Notes: generated by a model from the letters alone, not told the origin. Positions 1 through 19,981 are shown, counted from the stretch's first letter. The stretch: 64,000 nt of DNA from the human T2T-CHM13v2.0 reference genome, Homo sapiens (GCF_009914755.1 NC_060928.1), one strand, 5' to 3'. Translations and numbers: made by a program.

Positions 1-650
1 GGATTTTTACCAAATATTTGCAAAAGGCCTATGATTGCTTGTTTGGGGTAGGATAAGAATATCTCAGTCTCTCAGCCAACCTTTTTCAGACTCAATGACT
101 TTATCTATGGAAACACATTCAGGCTGCTGTTTAAGTACTTTCCATTTTGAATCTTGATTCTCATCAGTTGATTTGATTTTTCTAGACTATAATAATTTGA
201 GTGAACTTGCAGTGACACTTTAAGAAGTGGGAGGGAGGATCAGAGCAGCTCCCCACCTTCCAAATGTGGATACTGTTGTTCTAACTTCTTAGTAGAAACA
301 GTAAGATTCTTTCTCTCTCTTTTTACACTGCTTTTTATAAACCATCTAAAGAGCTCCACTAAGTTGAGGGGATTCTTATTTCCTTTTTCTCTTCATGGTC
401 CTTTCTTTTGTGTGCATAGATCTTTTTATCATCATGCAGCCCCCTCTGCATTACCTGAGCTGGCAGGTTCATCATCATCTCCTAAATATTCCCTTGGTTT
501 CCCATTACATAAGGAGAACAGGAGACAGAAGCTCTCCAAAGTAGCACGTGTTTCATTATCTGTGCCAGAAACATTAAATTGATTGCGTCTTTCTGATCAT
601 CAAATAGACAGGTTGGTGTTGGTCATTCACACCATGCCTGAAGCATGAAA

Positions 651-793
651 AGACATATGACACTTGTGAGTCATATGTCTCATATGTCTCACAATGAGTC
701 ATGTTGTGAGTCATATTGTGACATCTGTGAGTCACGTGTCTCATGTGTCTCACAATGAGTCACATTGTGAGATAGGAAATTACCTATCTCACA
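651..793. repeat. Short palindromic/tandem repeat cluster with five TGAGTCA motifs
   Basis: TGAGTCA at 667, 695, 707, 728 and 756. Inverted repeats 651-661/670-680, 748-757/763-772 and 766-776/783-793. Confidence 0.8.
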
Positions 794-3700
794 GGGGAGG
801 GGATAGGGAATTTACCCCTCTCAGGAGAGGGTTGCTATGCTTCTACTTTTACCGGTTATATAGATTAATTATTATACCACATGAAAATACCTGCTTACAG
901 AAGTTTTCAGACACTGGGGATTGGCCTTCAACTTACATAGCTCTAAAATTAGTGAAATTTCCTAGACAGGTGAAGAAGCCCTGCAAGTAATGATTTACCT
1001 GGCTTCTACTGGTATTTTTATGTAAAACATTTGAAAATTTACACAGAATATCCTTGGGATTTAGTAGTCACCTGATCTTAACCTCCAGTTATTTGTGTAT
1101 TTTTTGAGTAATCAATGGCCTTGTTTATGCTACTTTGTGAAGAAGTGGGACATCATTCCAAGTAGTCATATAAGTACAAGTATGCCTTCCATGACAGGAA
1201 AGAAAAGGCTCACAGCAAAGAATAGTAGAATTTGGAAATTTTTTTTCTTAGGATTGGGTAATTATAAGCAATACATAGATTTTATTGTTCTTTGCTTGAA
1301 GGGAACTTATAGGTCTTACTTTATCAGCACCACTAGCACTAGCCAGGGGATAGAAATTGTTCTATCTTCCCCTCTTCCAGCCACCCTTCATCAATCCATT
1401 TAGCCATTTCCCTCATATCTAAGTGTACTTCCTCCACATTCCATTGCATCAAAGATTTGCTATCATCAATGTCCTATCATCAATGGGTAGGACTCAACTT
1501 GTAATTAGATCTTCACTATATTTTTTATATACTTTTTATTGCTAAAAATGACCCAGCCCATTAAGATTTATGAGATTAAAGCATAGTTCTGCTTGCACTG
1601 CCAATCTGTGCTAACACAAAGTCTCAGACTGGCAAAGAAACATGGTTCAAAAGCTTTACCAGTTCTGAAATGTACTAATAATTTCAAGAATACAGGCAAC
1701 CAAGAGGCTCAGACAGCCCTGGGGGGTTGTCTGCGAGTAGACCAGTTCCCTGGCACTTTCCATGTTTGAGATGTAGTCTCAGGTTCGAATAGAAGATGAG
1801 GTCTCCTGGTGGAGTTTTGCTTGGTTGACTCACACAGCAGAGGAATATTTAGTCTATAAAATATTGCCACCTTATACCTCAGTTTAAGGGACATTTTCCA
1901 GGGAGCCAAGTATTATAAATCCTTAGGGTCTTAATTTATTAATGTTTTCTACAGGCAATCCTTTACCAGGGACATTCTGTTAAGAACTTTTCATAGATAA
2001 GGACTTTTCTAGAAATATGAATACACTATTTGCCCAGAGCTTCAGTTATCATGTTGACAAGGAGATTATATTGGGTCACTTGCCCTCTTATTTTCTCCCA
2101 GGGTCAGAAATGAATAGCCAGTCAGCAGCTTTAACTCCTTCCTGTTCAAAAAAGTGTGCATAAATATAAAATTCATTGAATTTTTAAAAACTGAATATAT
2201 GCTTGTAACCAGCACACAGATCAAGAAATATCCCTATTCCAGCTGCCCAGAAGCCTCCCCTCATGCTTGTTTCCTGTGACTGCTTCCATCCAGGGGCAAG
2301 TAATAACCATGATATAATTTTATAATTAAAAATGTGTTATTTGAAATTGTTGATTGGTACCCCTATAAGAATTCATATCTAGATAATCACATATACACAT
2401 GTGTAGATAGTAATCTCTTAAATTATAGAATGGGGTCTAACTTCTGTCTGTTATGTGAAAATATGAAGCTTTCTAAGCATGTGGCTTTCAAAAGTTTTCT
2501 TAGGATTTGGCAAATGTAAATAATGCATAGATCCTGTCGTTCTTTGTTTATATTAATTATTTGAGTACAACATGAATATATTTGTGCTGTAAAAAGATTC
2601 AAGCAATAAAAAGTAGTAAAATGTAAAAGCTTTTTCATCACCTTATAACACAATCTTCTCCTGACCCCAGAAGTCACCCCTACTAATAGATATTTTTCTA
2701 TTAGAGTTTTGCTTTTGACATGAACAACATGTTATAGACCATTATGTGTCAGAATAATTAGACTCTTCCTATTGATTGTAATGGCTTTATTTTATTATAG
2801 CACAAAGGTTACCATAAAGTCTCTGAAGTCAGACTATCTGACTTTAAATCTTGACCTTGCTACTTCCCTGCTGATGACCTTGTGCCAGTTACTTGCTTTT
2901 TCCCCAGTTTCTTCACCTAAAAATGGGAACAGTGATAATCATAGTATTTTCCCAGAGGATTAAGTGAATTAATAGGGATAAAGTTTATAACAGACCCTGG
3001 CAGAGGTCAAGCATTGGATATATTTTGCCATTATTAAGATGTTATCATATTGCACATTTGATTATTAATATTGCTATAATTCACTTAAATTTTTGTCTGT
3101 TCATGGCCAATATGTTGTTTCTAAACTTTTCCTATAACAAAGTTACAATGAATATAATGCTTTCATGGCTTTTTACTCATGGATGTATTTATTTCAATAA
3201 ATTATATTTGTAGAAATGAAAAGGTCAAGTGGAACATAATGCACATTTTGATTTGACTGGCATTCCCAAATTCACTTTCAATAAGTCTTATCATTGTATC
3301 CCTAACACTGTATGAAAATATTCGCTTCCCTGCATCTGTTGTCAGCCAACATCAGATATCATTAATCTTTTAAATTTTTGCCAGTGGGATGGATGTGAGG
3401 TTTGATTATTAGAAATATGTTCGCTGTGACTGGGAGGGCATGGGAATAACTGCGTCTAAACAAGGTCTTAGACCAAGTCTGAGCATGTGTGACCTTGGTC
3501 TTATAGGCAGAGGTGTAGTGGGTACTATTGGGTTCAGCTGATCCAAAATCAGCTTCCAAGTTTACCTCAAATAACTCCCCTGGGTTGTCTCCTATTTCTG
3601 TATATTGTAATTCTGATCTTGGAGCCATCTCTAAAGCCTCCATTTTCATGAAAGTTCTTTCTTAGATGAGTTTTAACCTAGAATTTCCTGCAGTCTTGTT

Positions 3701-4349
3701 TCTCTTTATTCAACCTTAACAGCCTTTTGTGTTCTGGTCCTTTAAGAGCACTCTTCTTTTGTTTTCCAATGTATCTATAGATTGTTTATTAATAGTCTTC
3801 ACTATTTTCTTTAGAACTTTTAATTTAGACTTCATAAAAGGTATTGTTGCATTAAAGTGGTTCTCACTTTCGAACAAGTCATTAAAATTGATCATTCTAG
3901 TTTGGGACAATATTAATATCTCTTGGATTGTATGGGCAATGAAACTGTAGTATTCTAATACACACATTAGAATTAAAATTAAAAATTAGTCATTTTTACA
4001 CATTGATTTATACATTTATTAAAATAAGAATGAAAGGATGCCAGAGTAGGATATCCCTAGCAATATGTTTTTCCACTGCATATGTTTATTGTTTTGAAAC
4101 TATTGCATAGATTGCAGCATGCAAATATCAAACTTTAATGTTTGTACTAAAGAAATTTTTTTCTGTAACAAGCTGTGTGAATATGCTTGTGTATATATTT
4201 TTATTTGTAGACATGTTTATTTCACTAGATTATATTTGAAATTTACTATACTATTAAGTAGAATTCCACTGTTAAGGTGATTATTTAACTATAATCTGCT
4301 TTCTTTCATAATTTTATCATAGTAAGAAAGCTAGTGAACTTAAATTTGA

Positions 4350-4578
4350 CTACACATGGATATAAAGATGGGGACAATGGACGCTGGGGACTACTAGATG
4401 GGAAGGGAAGGAAGGGGATAAAGGGTGAAAAACTACCTATTGTGTACTATGCTCACTACCTGGGTGATGGGATCATTCGTACCCCGAACCTCACCATCAC
4501 ACAATATACCCATGCAACAAATCTGCACACGTACCCCTGAACCTAAAATAAAAGTTGAAGTTAAAAAAGAAAAAAATA
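4350..4578 (+). mobile_element. Old L1 3' end fragment (L1PB/L1MA-like)
   Basis: gaaaaactacctattgtgtactatgctcactacctgggtgatgggatc...aataaaagttg followed by an A-rich tail; typical L1 3' UTR. Confidence 0.8.
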
Positions 4579-4847
4579 GTACTTTTGAAATAAAAAGCAA
4601 GAAGAAAAATACTTCACTGACACTATAAAATTAAGAGGGAAACCTATAAACAGTTCACTTGAGGTGTAAAAGTATAACAGTCATTTAATTAATGGGCTTA
4701 TTTCTTTTATGGGCATTCGTTTGATTAAATCTTTTGTTCAGGCATATTTATAATTTTATATTATACTGTCACTCTGGTCTTCTACATTGCCTCATTTACT
4801 GTACTTCTTTTGTTTGTGTTGTATCTTCTTTTCAGTTTAGTTGTAGT

Positions 4848-5250
4848 TGTTAGGGTCCACCCAACTGGACAGTTTCCCCCTCCTATAGACCTAAGCCCCA
4901 AAGGCCAAAAGTAAAACCCCCTACCCCAAACCTGCCTGTATCTGTCTGACCAGAGGCCAGCTGTTCCAGGATGGGGTCAAGACGTCTACCTTACACAACA
5001 GAACTGGCAAGAAAAACATCTCCAGGAAGTGGTCAGACACCTGGCACAAAGGACCCCCCACCCTTTTCTTTTTCCTTCACCCTGACCCAGTTCTATGCCC
5101 TATAAAACCTTGCTATAGCCTGTAAGCCAGGCTCCCTCCTCTGCTTTTGTCAGGTTGTAGCCCGGCAGGACTGACAGTAAATCAGCTTGCATGAACTTGG
5201 GTCTACTGGCCTCATTCCTTTCTCGGCTGTCCTTCCAATTATCCCTTACA
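4848..5250 (+). mobile_element. Solo ERV LTR (family not assigned)
   Basis: TG...CA termini, perfect 5-bp TSD GTAGT (4843-4847, 5251-5255), TATAAAA at 5101, AGTAAA at 5177. Confidence 0.8.
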
Positions 5251-5396
5251 GTAGTCACTTAATTCCTTTTCTTTTTAACCTTCCTAATTATCCTCATTTT
5301 TACATTTATTTTCTGCTTTTGATGCTTTGGTTTAATCTGTTGGCATATGAATACATGTTTAATAATCAATTTTTAAAAATAAAGAGGTTTCATCTT

Positions 5397-5535
5397 TAGA
5401 GTTTGCCAGTTCTCATGGTGTAAATATATCAATCACAGTCAACTTCAAGCAGCAACCATAACATTACTGAATGTGCCTTTGGGCAGAGATGTGCACAATT
5501 GGCTCTCACTGTAAGCTCACTCCAGAACACCAGTA
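5397..5535 (-). mobile_element. MER63-like hAT DNA transposon fragment
   Basis: gagatgtgcacaattggctctc...ctccagaacaccagt resembles the reverse complement of the recalled MER63 terminus. Confidence 0.55.
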
Positions 5536-7462
5536 TTTGTATTCCTCATTACCACGAAAGCTGCGACATGGTCTACTTCATTGTTCCCCAGTTCTTAGAA
5601 CAGTACCTAGCATGTTGTCAACACAGTCAATATTTGTTAAATCAGTCAATGAATGAATGAACAGAAGATGTTCCCTCACTTCCAAGAAAGAGTACAGTGA
5701 ACTGTTTCCCTGATGGAATGTCCATGTGATTCTGGCCCTTTACCACCTGCTTCAGGAATCCAATAATGAAAGAAAATGTAAACAATTTCGGTACCCAGTC
5801 CTTGAGATAACTTTCTGAAGGAATGATGTTAACATTAATGAATAAAAAAGGAACAAATAAAAAGTACACCACACATACTTTGCTTGTGTTCTGGTAGCAC
5901 TAGCCCTAAACACAATATGAGTAAGGTAACAAAAAAGTAACCTGAGATATATTAAAAATGGTTTTAAAGCCAAAAGGGAGGAAGAAAGGAAAAAAGGAAG
6001 GAAGGGGGAAGGGCGAAAGTGAAAAACATATGGAGGAAGGAAAGGAAAATAATATCAAATGTTCACAGAGTGCTTATTCTGAATTATGTACCCTCTTATG
6101 TGCTTTATATAAATTATATTGTAAGGTTGAAAATATGTGCTCTGGAGAAGAGCTGCACGGAATAAAATCCCACTTCTGCTTTTTACTGATGGTGTGACAT
6201 TTAGCGGATTAGTTAATTTGGTCATTGCTTCAGTTTCCTATTTGACTGTCCTACCATAAGACTATAATAAACCAATGCATATAAAAATGCTTAGCACTGA
6301 GTCTGACATATGGTAAGCATACAATAAATTTTAACTACAATTATCCAATGAAAACCTAACAACAACACTATGAAGTTTGTATAATTATTATTTTTACTTT
6401 TTTGATAAGGAGTCTGAATCACAAAGGGATTAAATAATTTACTCAAAGTCACGCAGGTATTAATCATGAATCTATCTTCCAGTAAATATCAATAGAAAAC
6501 AAGATGTGGGATTTGAGTGCAGGCAATTAGACTCCAGAGCCTGTTTTTAAACTCTATGTTATTACAAGAAGACATGCACGTACCTTTAAAAGAAGAAAAT
6601 TTGAGACAGCAAATGCTTAACAACCAAGAAATTACAAAAGAAAAAAACCTACAATCTATGAAACAAAAATTATATGATGAGATTAATTAATACATTTAAC
6701 AAATACTTATTGAGCACCAATTATTGGTTCAACCATGCTTTTAGGTACTGAGAATTCAACTGTGAACTGGTCTCTACTTTCACAGAATATACTTTATAAT
6801 ACAGTATAAAATGGCATAACAAAATGGAAATGGGGTTGGTAAAGGCAGCAAAAATCTTCAACAGAAAAATAAATATTTTTATAAACCAATAATTTTTGAA
6901 AGATAGGATATAGCATATAAGCATATGGAAAATAGGTATCCATGATAGAGAATATAATAGTGGAACAGTTAATGACTTCTGACATGAAGGAAGTACTGAG
7001 ATGAGAATTGAACAGGATTTGTTTTCCTTCAGAAAAAAATAATCGGTAGAAAAAATATATGCTGGTATAGCTAAAAAAATTTGAGGATTAAAAAATCTCT
7101 TCTATACAATATATAAAAATGCATAGCACCTGTAAGAAAACAAATATATTGGGTTGGATTCAAATTTTTTTGTACCAAAATTTCCAATAGATAATGGAGC
7201 AAGTCTGCAAGGATATGGGCAAAAAATAGTGGGATCTAAATATGTTGTACATAGATTGTTATTCCTGTCAAAGGGATGAGGAGTTGGTCTCATATATGTA
7301 CTAACACAGCAGATACAATAATTCGGAAACTTCTTGAGAAGCTTTGTAGTTATATATACACTGTAATTATTTATAATACTATTAAATGCAATATAACAAT
7401 TTAATACATAGAGAAGCTGCCTTATTGAAATATTGAAATAAGCATTGAAAAATCTAAATGTA

Positions 7463-13338
<5,876 letters not shown>

Positions 13339-13424
13339 AAGAAAACCTCCAACCTCTCAACTATGTATATAGAAAGTCCAAGGAAAAGATCTCAGGTAAT
13401 ACTACAAAAATTGGGAAGTATAGG

Positions 13425-13915
13425 TGGTCTATTGATTTCCTATTAGTGCGGTACCAAGTTGTCACACTTAGTGTCTAAAATAGCACACATTTGTTATCTT
13501 GTAGTTCTGAAGGCCAGAAGTCTGGAATGGTTTCCACTAGGCTAAAATCAAGATATTGGCAAGGCTGCGTTTTTTTTCTTAAGGCTCTACAGAAGAATCT
13601 GACTTCTTGCTTTTCTTTTCCAGCTACTACACGTTGTCTGCATTCCTTGGCTCATGGTCCTTTTAATCTTTAAAGCCAGCAAAGGCCCATCAAGTTGGTC
13701 TCACCTGGAAGAGCTCTAATACTGATGCTTCTTTGTCTCTTCCACTTTTAAGGACTCTCACGATTACATTAAGCCCACCTATATAACCAGGATATCCTAT
13801 TTTAATATAAGCTAACTAGCAACCTTAATTCCCCTCTGTCATGTAACCTAACCTATTCAGAAGTTCTGGAGATTTGGACAGAGACACTTGGGAAGCCATT
13901 ATGCTGCTGACCATA
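13425..13915 (-). mobile_element. MaLR LTR (MLT1-like)
   Basis: gttctgaaggccagaagtc...ggctaaaatcaag...gcattccttggctcatggtcc motifs; boundaries approximate. Confidence 0.7.
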
Positions 13916-14424
13916 GGTGGTAGGAAGTTTAAATTTTATAGCTAAGGACAATAAGCATTCATTCATTTCTGAGGTAGATTAATATTGAAATATTTTACAT
14001 TTATGGAATTTTTCTAATTTAGAAATTTTCTAATATTTCCTCAGGATAAGATTATGCATTTTTGACAAAAATATTGCTAAACTGATGTTGAATTCTCATG
14101 CATTACATCAAGGAGCATATGATATACTTGCATCTCATTATCCAAAACGTTATCTTGGATCATTTAACTACGGTAGAATCTGCCCAGTTTTTTCACTGAA
14201 AAGTTACAATTTTAACTTTGAAATTAATAAAGTATCTTGTGGGTAGATAATTTCAGACTATGTAACTATCCTGTTTCAAATTTTTGTCCACTGCTTTAAG
14301 CAGTCATTTATAATTCTTTGCTGGAACACACCAACAGTGTGGGGAGGTCAATTTTATAAGCCCACTGTCAAATTCATTTTCATTTATGGGCAGATATAAC
14401 CTTCTGTTCAATTAATTAACAAGG

Positions 14425-14989
14425 TGTGCAGAAAAGAGATAACAAGCAGGCCTGAGGCTGCTACCCTTAGAAAAGCCTGCTTGCTAAGTTGGCTCTTGGT
14501 TGGAGTCTGGGAACTTAAATAATAAACACTTCCTATACTGATACACAGGTTTACTTAAATGATGAGTGGCTCACTATGCCTAGACTGTTTGTACAAACAA
14601 CATGGTTTATGCTGAATATCTACTTTCTATCTGGGAGTCTGGAATTTTGATATATGCTAGGAAGAAGATCCCCACTTGATCATCCTCCAAGAAAAACCCT
14701 GGGTGTTGAGTCTCTAGTGAGCTTCTCTGGTTGACAATACTTTACATGTGTTTTCACAATTTGTTACTGGAGGAATTAGGCATGTTCTATGTGAGTCCAC
14801 TGAGATTAAGTGCATGGGGCCTATGCCTAATTTCCTGCAGTCTTCACCCCATGTACATTTTCCATTCCTGATTTTGTTTTGCATCCTTCACTTTAATAAA
14901 TATTAGTGTGAATGCATTATATGCTGGGTCCTGCAAGTCTTTCTAGTGAATCACCATACCTAGGAGTAGTTGTGGGGAAGCTGTCTACA
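14425..14989 (+). mobile_element. LTR, MER21-like
   Basis: Starts tgtgcagaaaagagataacaagcaggcctgaggctgct; AATAAA near 14895; ends ...ctaca. Confidence 0.65.
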
Positions 14990-15001
14990 TTAAGACATAT
15001 A

Positions 15002-15646
<645 letters not shown>

Positions 15647-15731
15647 AATAATTTCTTGATACATTGTGTAAGAACAGAATTATGCTAAGTGAAACCAAGA
15701 CAAGTAACCTAGCCCTATATTAAGAGACTCA

Positions 15732-16066
<335 letters not shown>

Positions 16067-16574
16067 ATTAATAATATTAAATTAATTGAGTCAGAGCAGA
16101 ATATGGCAAATACAAGAAGTTATTTCTTTAGGAGTTTCAAAAATGTAGACCTCGTATCTTCTTCAGATTATCAGGAAAGCTAGAGGCATGTGAGTTAGCT
16201 TTAAATTAATAAGTGAGTCTTGACAGAATATGATACCTGGAGGTAGAGGGAAGGAGAGTTTTGGAAGGCAAGGGAAATGGATAGAGTGCATGCCAAAAGA
16301 AGTGAAATATAGAGTGTATTAGAAATAAAATATAATAATAACCATTACTTATGGCACAAATTGGAATTTTCAAATGCTCTTGGTTAAAATCCTAATAATT
16401 TCAGTGCCTTATTTATAATTCAGTTTTATGTAAAACTTATAGATTATTATAGAAAGACCACAAAAATTCCATGGCATTTTACAAGTGTTCCTCTTAAACT
16501 CAGGCACAGAATTTATGCTTTACTGGTTCCTAATTATGTTTTTCTTTTCTGTCTCTTCTTTATTAAGGTTCATC

Positions 16575-16902
16575 ATGAATGAGAAATGGGACACAAACTC
16601 TTCAGAAAACTGGCATCCCATCTGGAATGTCAATGACACAAAGCATCATCTGTACTCAGATATTAATATTACCTATGTGAACTACTATCTTCACCAGCCT
16701 CAAGTGGCAGCAATCTTCATTATTTCCTACTTTCTGATCTTCTTTTTGTGCATGATGGGAAATACTGTGGTTTGCTTTATTGTAATGAGGAACAAACATA
16801 TGCACACAGTCACTAATCTCTTCATCTTAAACCTGGCCATAAGTGATTTACTAGTTGGCATATTCTGCATGCCTATAACACTGCTGGACAATATTATAGC
16901 AG
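16575..16902 (+). CDS. NPFFR2: Neuropeptide FF receptor 2, first coding exon in window (N-terminus, TM1, TM2); exon starts at 16568
   Basis: Translates [25 protein letters not shown]...GNTVVCFIV...[15 protein letters not shown], with GN and LAxxD class A GPCR motifs. Polypyrimidine tract plus AG at 16566-16567; donor G|GTATGT at 16903. Confidence 0.97.
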
Positions 16903-17206
16903 GTATGTTGGCTTTTGTGCAGTTTGAAGATAATATGAAATATTTGTCCCATATTTCAGCAGCCATTGGCAGGGCTGTTCATTCATTCATTTATTTACAT
17001 ATATTTATGGAATTCCAGGAACTGATCCAGGCACCTGCCCTCATTGGATCTGCATTCTGAAGGACTAGATGGACAATAAATAATTATATTAGAGAATGAG
17101 AAGGATTCTGAAGGAAAGTAAAAGTGATATAATAGAAACAGAAAGTGGAGGCTGCTATTTTTATAGAGTATTCACTGGAGGTCATGAGAAAATAAGATTT
17201 ATTATG

Positions 17207-18174
17207 TGTAGGGGTGGGTTGCCCCTACACACCTGTGGGTGTTTCTCGTAAGGTGGGACGAGAGATTTGGAAAAGAAAAAGACACAGAGACAAAGTATAG
17301 AGAAAGAAATAAGGGGACCCGGGGAACCAGCGTTCAGCATATGGAGGATCCCGCCAGCCTCTGAGTTCCCTTAGTATTTATTGATCATCTGTGGGTGTTT
17401 CTCAAAGAGGGGGATGTGTCAGGGTCACAAGACAATTGTGGGGAGAGGGTCAGCAGACAAACACGTGAACAAAGGTCTTGGCATCATAGACAATGTAAAG
17501 GATTAAGTGCTGTGCTTTTAGATATGCATACACATAAACATCTCAGTGCTTTACAAAGCAGTATTGCTGCCCGCAGGTCCCACCTCCAGCCCTAAGGCGG
17601 TTTTTCCCTATCTCAGTAGATGGAGCATACAATCGGGTTTTATACCGAGACATTCCATTGCCCAGGGACAGGCAGGAGACAGATGCCTTCCTCTTGTCTC
17701 AACTGCAAGAGGCATTCCTTCCTCTTTTACTAATCCTCCTCAGCACAGACCCTTTACGGGTGTCGGGCTGGGGGACGGTCAGGTCTTTCCCTTCCCACGA
17801 GGCCATATTTCAGACTATCACATGGGGAGAAACCTTGGACAATACCTGGCTTTCCTAGGCAGAGGTCCCTGCGGCCTTCCGCAGTTTTTGTGTCCCTGGG
17901 TACTTGAGATTAGGGAGTGGTGATGACTCTTAAGGAGCATGCTGCCTTCAAGCATCTGTTTAACAAAGCACATCCTGCACCGCCCTTAATCCATTCAACT
18001 CTGAGTTGACACAGCACATGTTTCAGAGAGCACGGGGTTGGGGGTAAGGTCATAGATTAACAGAATCTCAAGGCAGAAGAATTTTTCTTAGTACCTAACA
18101 AAATGGAGTCTCCTATGTCTACTTCTTTCTACACAGACACAGTAACAATCTGATCTCTCTTGCTTTTCCCCACA
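17207..18174 (-). mobile_element. HERV-K(HML-2) solo LTR, LTR5_Hs-like
   Basis: Minus strand reads TGTGGGGAAAAGCAAGAGAGATCAG...CCCCTACA; exactly 968 bp; perfect 6-bp TSD ATTATG (17201-17206, 18175-18180). Confidence 0.96.
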
Positions 18175-18549
18175 ATTATGTCTTACCTGAAACCTTTGTA
18201 TTTTCTTAATAAAGTTCAGGGCACATGTAAGATGATAGAAATATCACTATGAACTGTAAGGTCCAAAGAACTGACACATCTGATATGATTATGTCTTCAG
18301 TCTGACATAAGTAGAAATTTAGGCCCTCATGTGGTTAGCTAGAGAGATTTCCAACAGTTTTTGAGAGAAGATGCAACAATATTAATGATTTTTCAAAAAG
18401 TGGTAGTTTATGTGTGCAACATAAGTTTACATTGTAAAGCTTAGGGTAGCACCCTAAAGTACTTCTGGGCCCACAGAAGTACTTTACCTTACTGCATAGA
18501 TCTGAGTTTTTGTGATGTTTATCATTAAAAAAAAATTTTATTGAGGTTG

Positions 18550-19299
18550 TGATGAAAGGACCCTTCCCTTGACCCCTGCTTGGGACTGGTGAAGGGGCGG
18601 CTCCCTTACTCCACCTGCAACTCTCAAGCCCCTTGTGGGAGGGGGAGCATGCAGGTGAGAGGGTGCAGGAGCTAGGGCAAGTGCTTTTGGGTGCCAGCAG
18701 TAACTAATCCTGTACCAGCCCCAGGGCTGTGTCTAGAGGTTGCCTGTGACCCCTGGAGCCCCAGAAAGCAGACAGCTAAGTGTTAACCAGCTCAGTGGAG
18801 GGTCAGGGTGACAGCATTTTGCACCTGTCCTCTTGGTACCTGAGTTCCTGTCTGGCATTCAGGAAGAATCAGGTCGCATGAACGAATTGAAGTGTGGTGA
18901 ATGTGGAGGATTTTATTGAGCGGTGGAAGTGGCTCTCAGCAGGATAGAGAGCTGGAACGGGGATGGAGTGGGAAGATGATTGATGGTCCCTGGTTGAACT
19001 CCTCTCCAACCATAGTCTCCAATGCCCAGCTGTTTTTTTTCTCGATGTTCAGATGCTTCTTGTCTTCTCTCCTTCTCTGCCGCACCACTCTGCTGCTGTG
19101 CCATTGGAACCTGGGGTTTTTATAGGTATAGGATGCGGGGCGTGGCAGGGCAGGATGGTTTTGAAAAAGGCAAATTTCAGGTGGGAAAACAGGATTGCAT
19201 GTTCTCACTTAGAGCCCAAGGTCCAAGCTTGAAGGTGGAGTCCTTGCCAGGGACTGCGCCCTTTTCTAACTAGTATTTCCTTGCCTCCTGTCCATATCA
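18550..19299 (-). mobile_element. ERV1 solo LTR (MER52/LTR1/LTR27-28 group)
   Basis: Minus strand begins TGATATGGACAGGAGGCAAGGAAATACT; GC-rich; 4-bp flanks GTTG/GTTA. Confidence 0.7.
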
Positions 19300-19343
19300 G
19301 TTACATTATCAAGATACTGTGCTAAACAAAAAGAGGGTGTACA

Positions 19344-19937
19344 CCGCATATTCTCACTCATAGGTGGGAATTGAACAATGAGATCACATGGACACAGGAA
19401 GGGGAATATCACACTCTGGGGACTGTTGTGGGGTGGGGGGAGGGGGGAGGGATAGCACTAGGAGATATACCTAATGCTAGATGACGAGTTAGTGGGTGCA
19501 GCGCACCAGCATGGCACATGTATACATATGTAACTAACCTGCACAATGTGCACATGTACCCTAAAACTTAAAGTGTAATAAAAAAAAATTGCTAGGAGTT
19601 ATAACATTTAACATTATAACATTATATAACATTATAACATGTAATTCAGACTACTGGAAATAGATTTACATGGGTGATTTGTAAGAACAGTAAAATGTGA
19701 TTTTACTAAAAGATTATAAAAAAGCATGGAAATGTAAATTTTTGCCTAGGGTTGAAGGATTGTTTTGAATTAGATAAGATAAAGCTGAAGGTTTAAACAA
19801 ATGATGGAAGGATTCTAAAAACTAATCTTGCAAAAACTGTATGTGTGAACATATTTACTAAATTCAAAGGGGTATTATAGGATTTTTCTGTAAATTGAGC
19901 ATTGAAATAAAAGTACAATAAATGTTAAAAAAAAAAA
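19344..19937 (+). mobile_element. 5'-truncated young L1 (L1PA2-like) with 3' transduced segment
   Basis: L1 3' UTR 19344-19588, non-L1 segment 19589-19926, second A-tract, and 16-bp TSD AAAAAGAGGGTGTACA (19328-19343, 19933-19948). Confidence 0.92.
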
Positions 19938-19981
19938 GAGGGTGTACAAATTGATAATTATTGTTATCACTCCCAGACAAG

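Noticed and set aside
651-830. CRISPR-like or coding interpretation of the short repeats (ORF 694-990)
   Set aside because: Units are irregular with no unique spacers and no cas genes, in mammalian DNA; the SHV-rich ORF is a by-product of the repeat.
2790-6560. MIR- and L2-like fragments here and elsewhere (e.g. ~25.6, 32.6, 34.5, 39.3, 46.1 kb)
   Set aside because: Probably real but too diverged for me to set reliable boundaries by eye; unremarkable.
16485-17060. 191-aa ORF as a stand-alone gene
   Set aside because: Only 16568-16902 is bounded by splice sites; the rest is intronic read-through.
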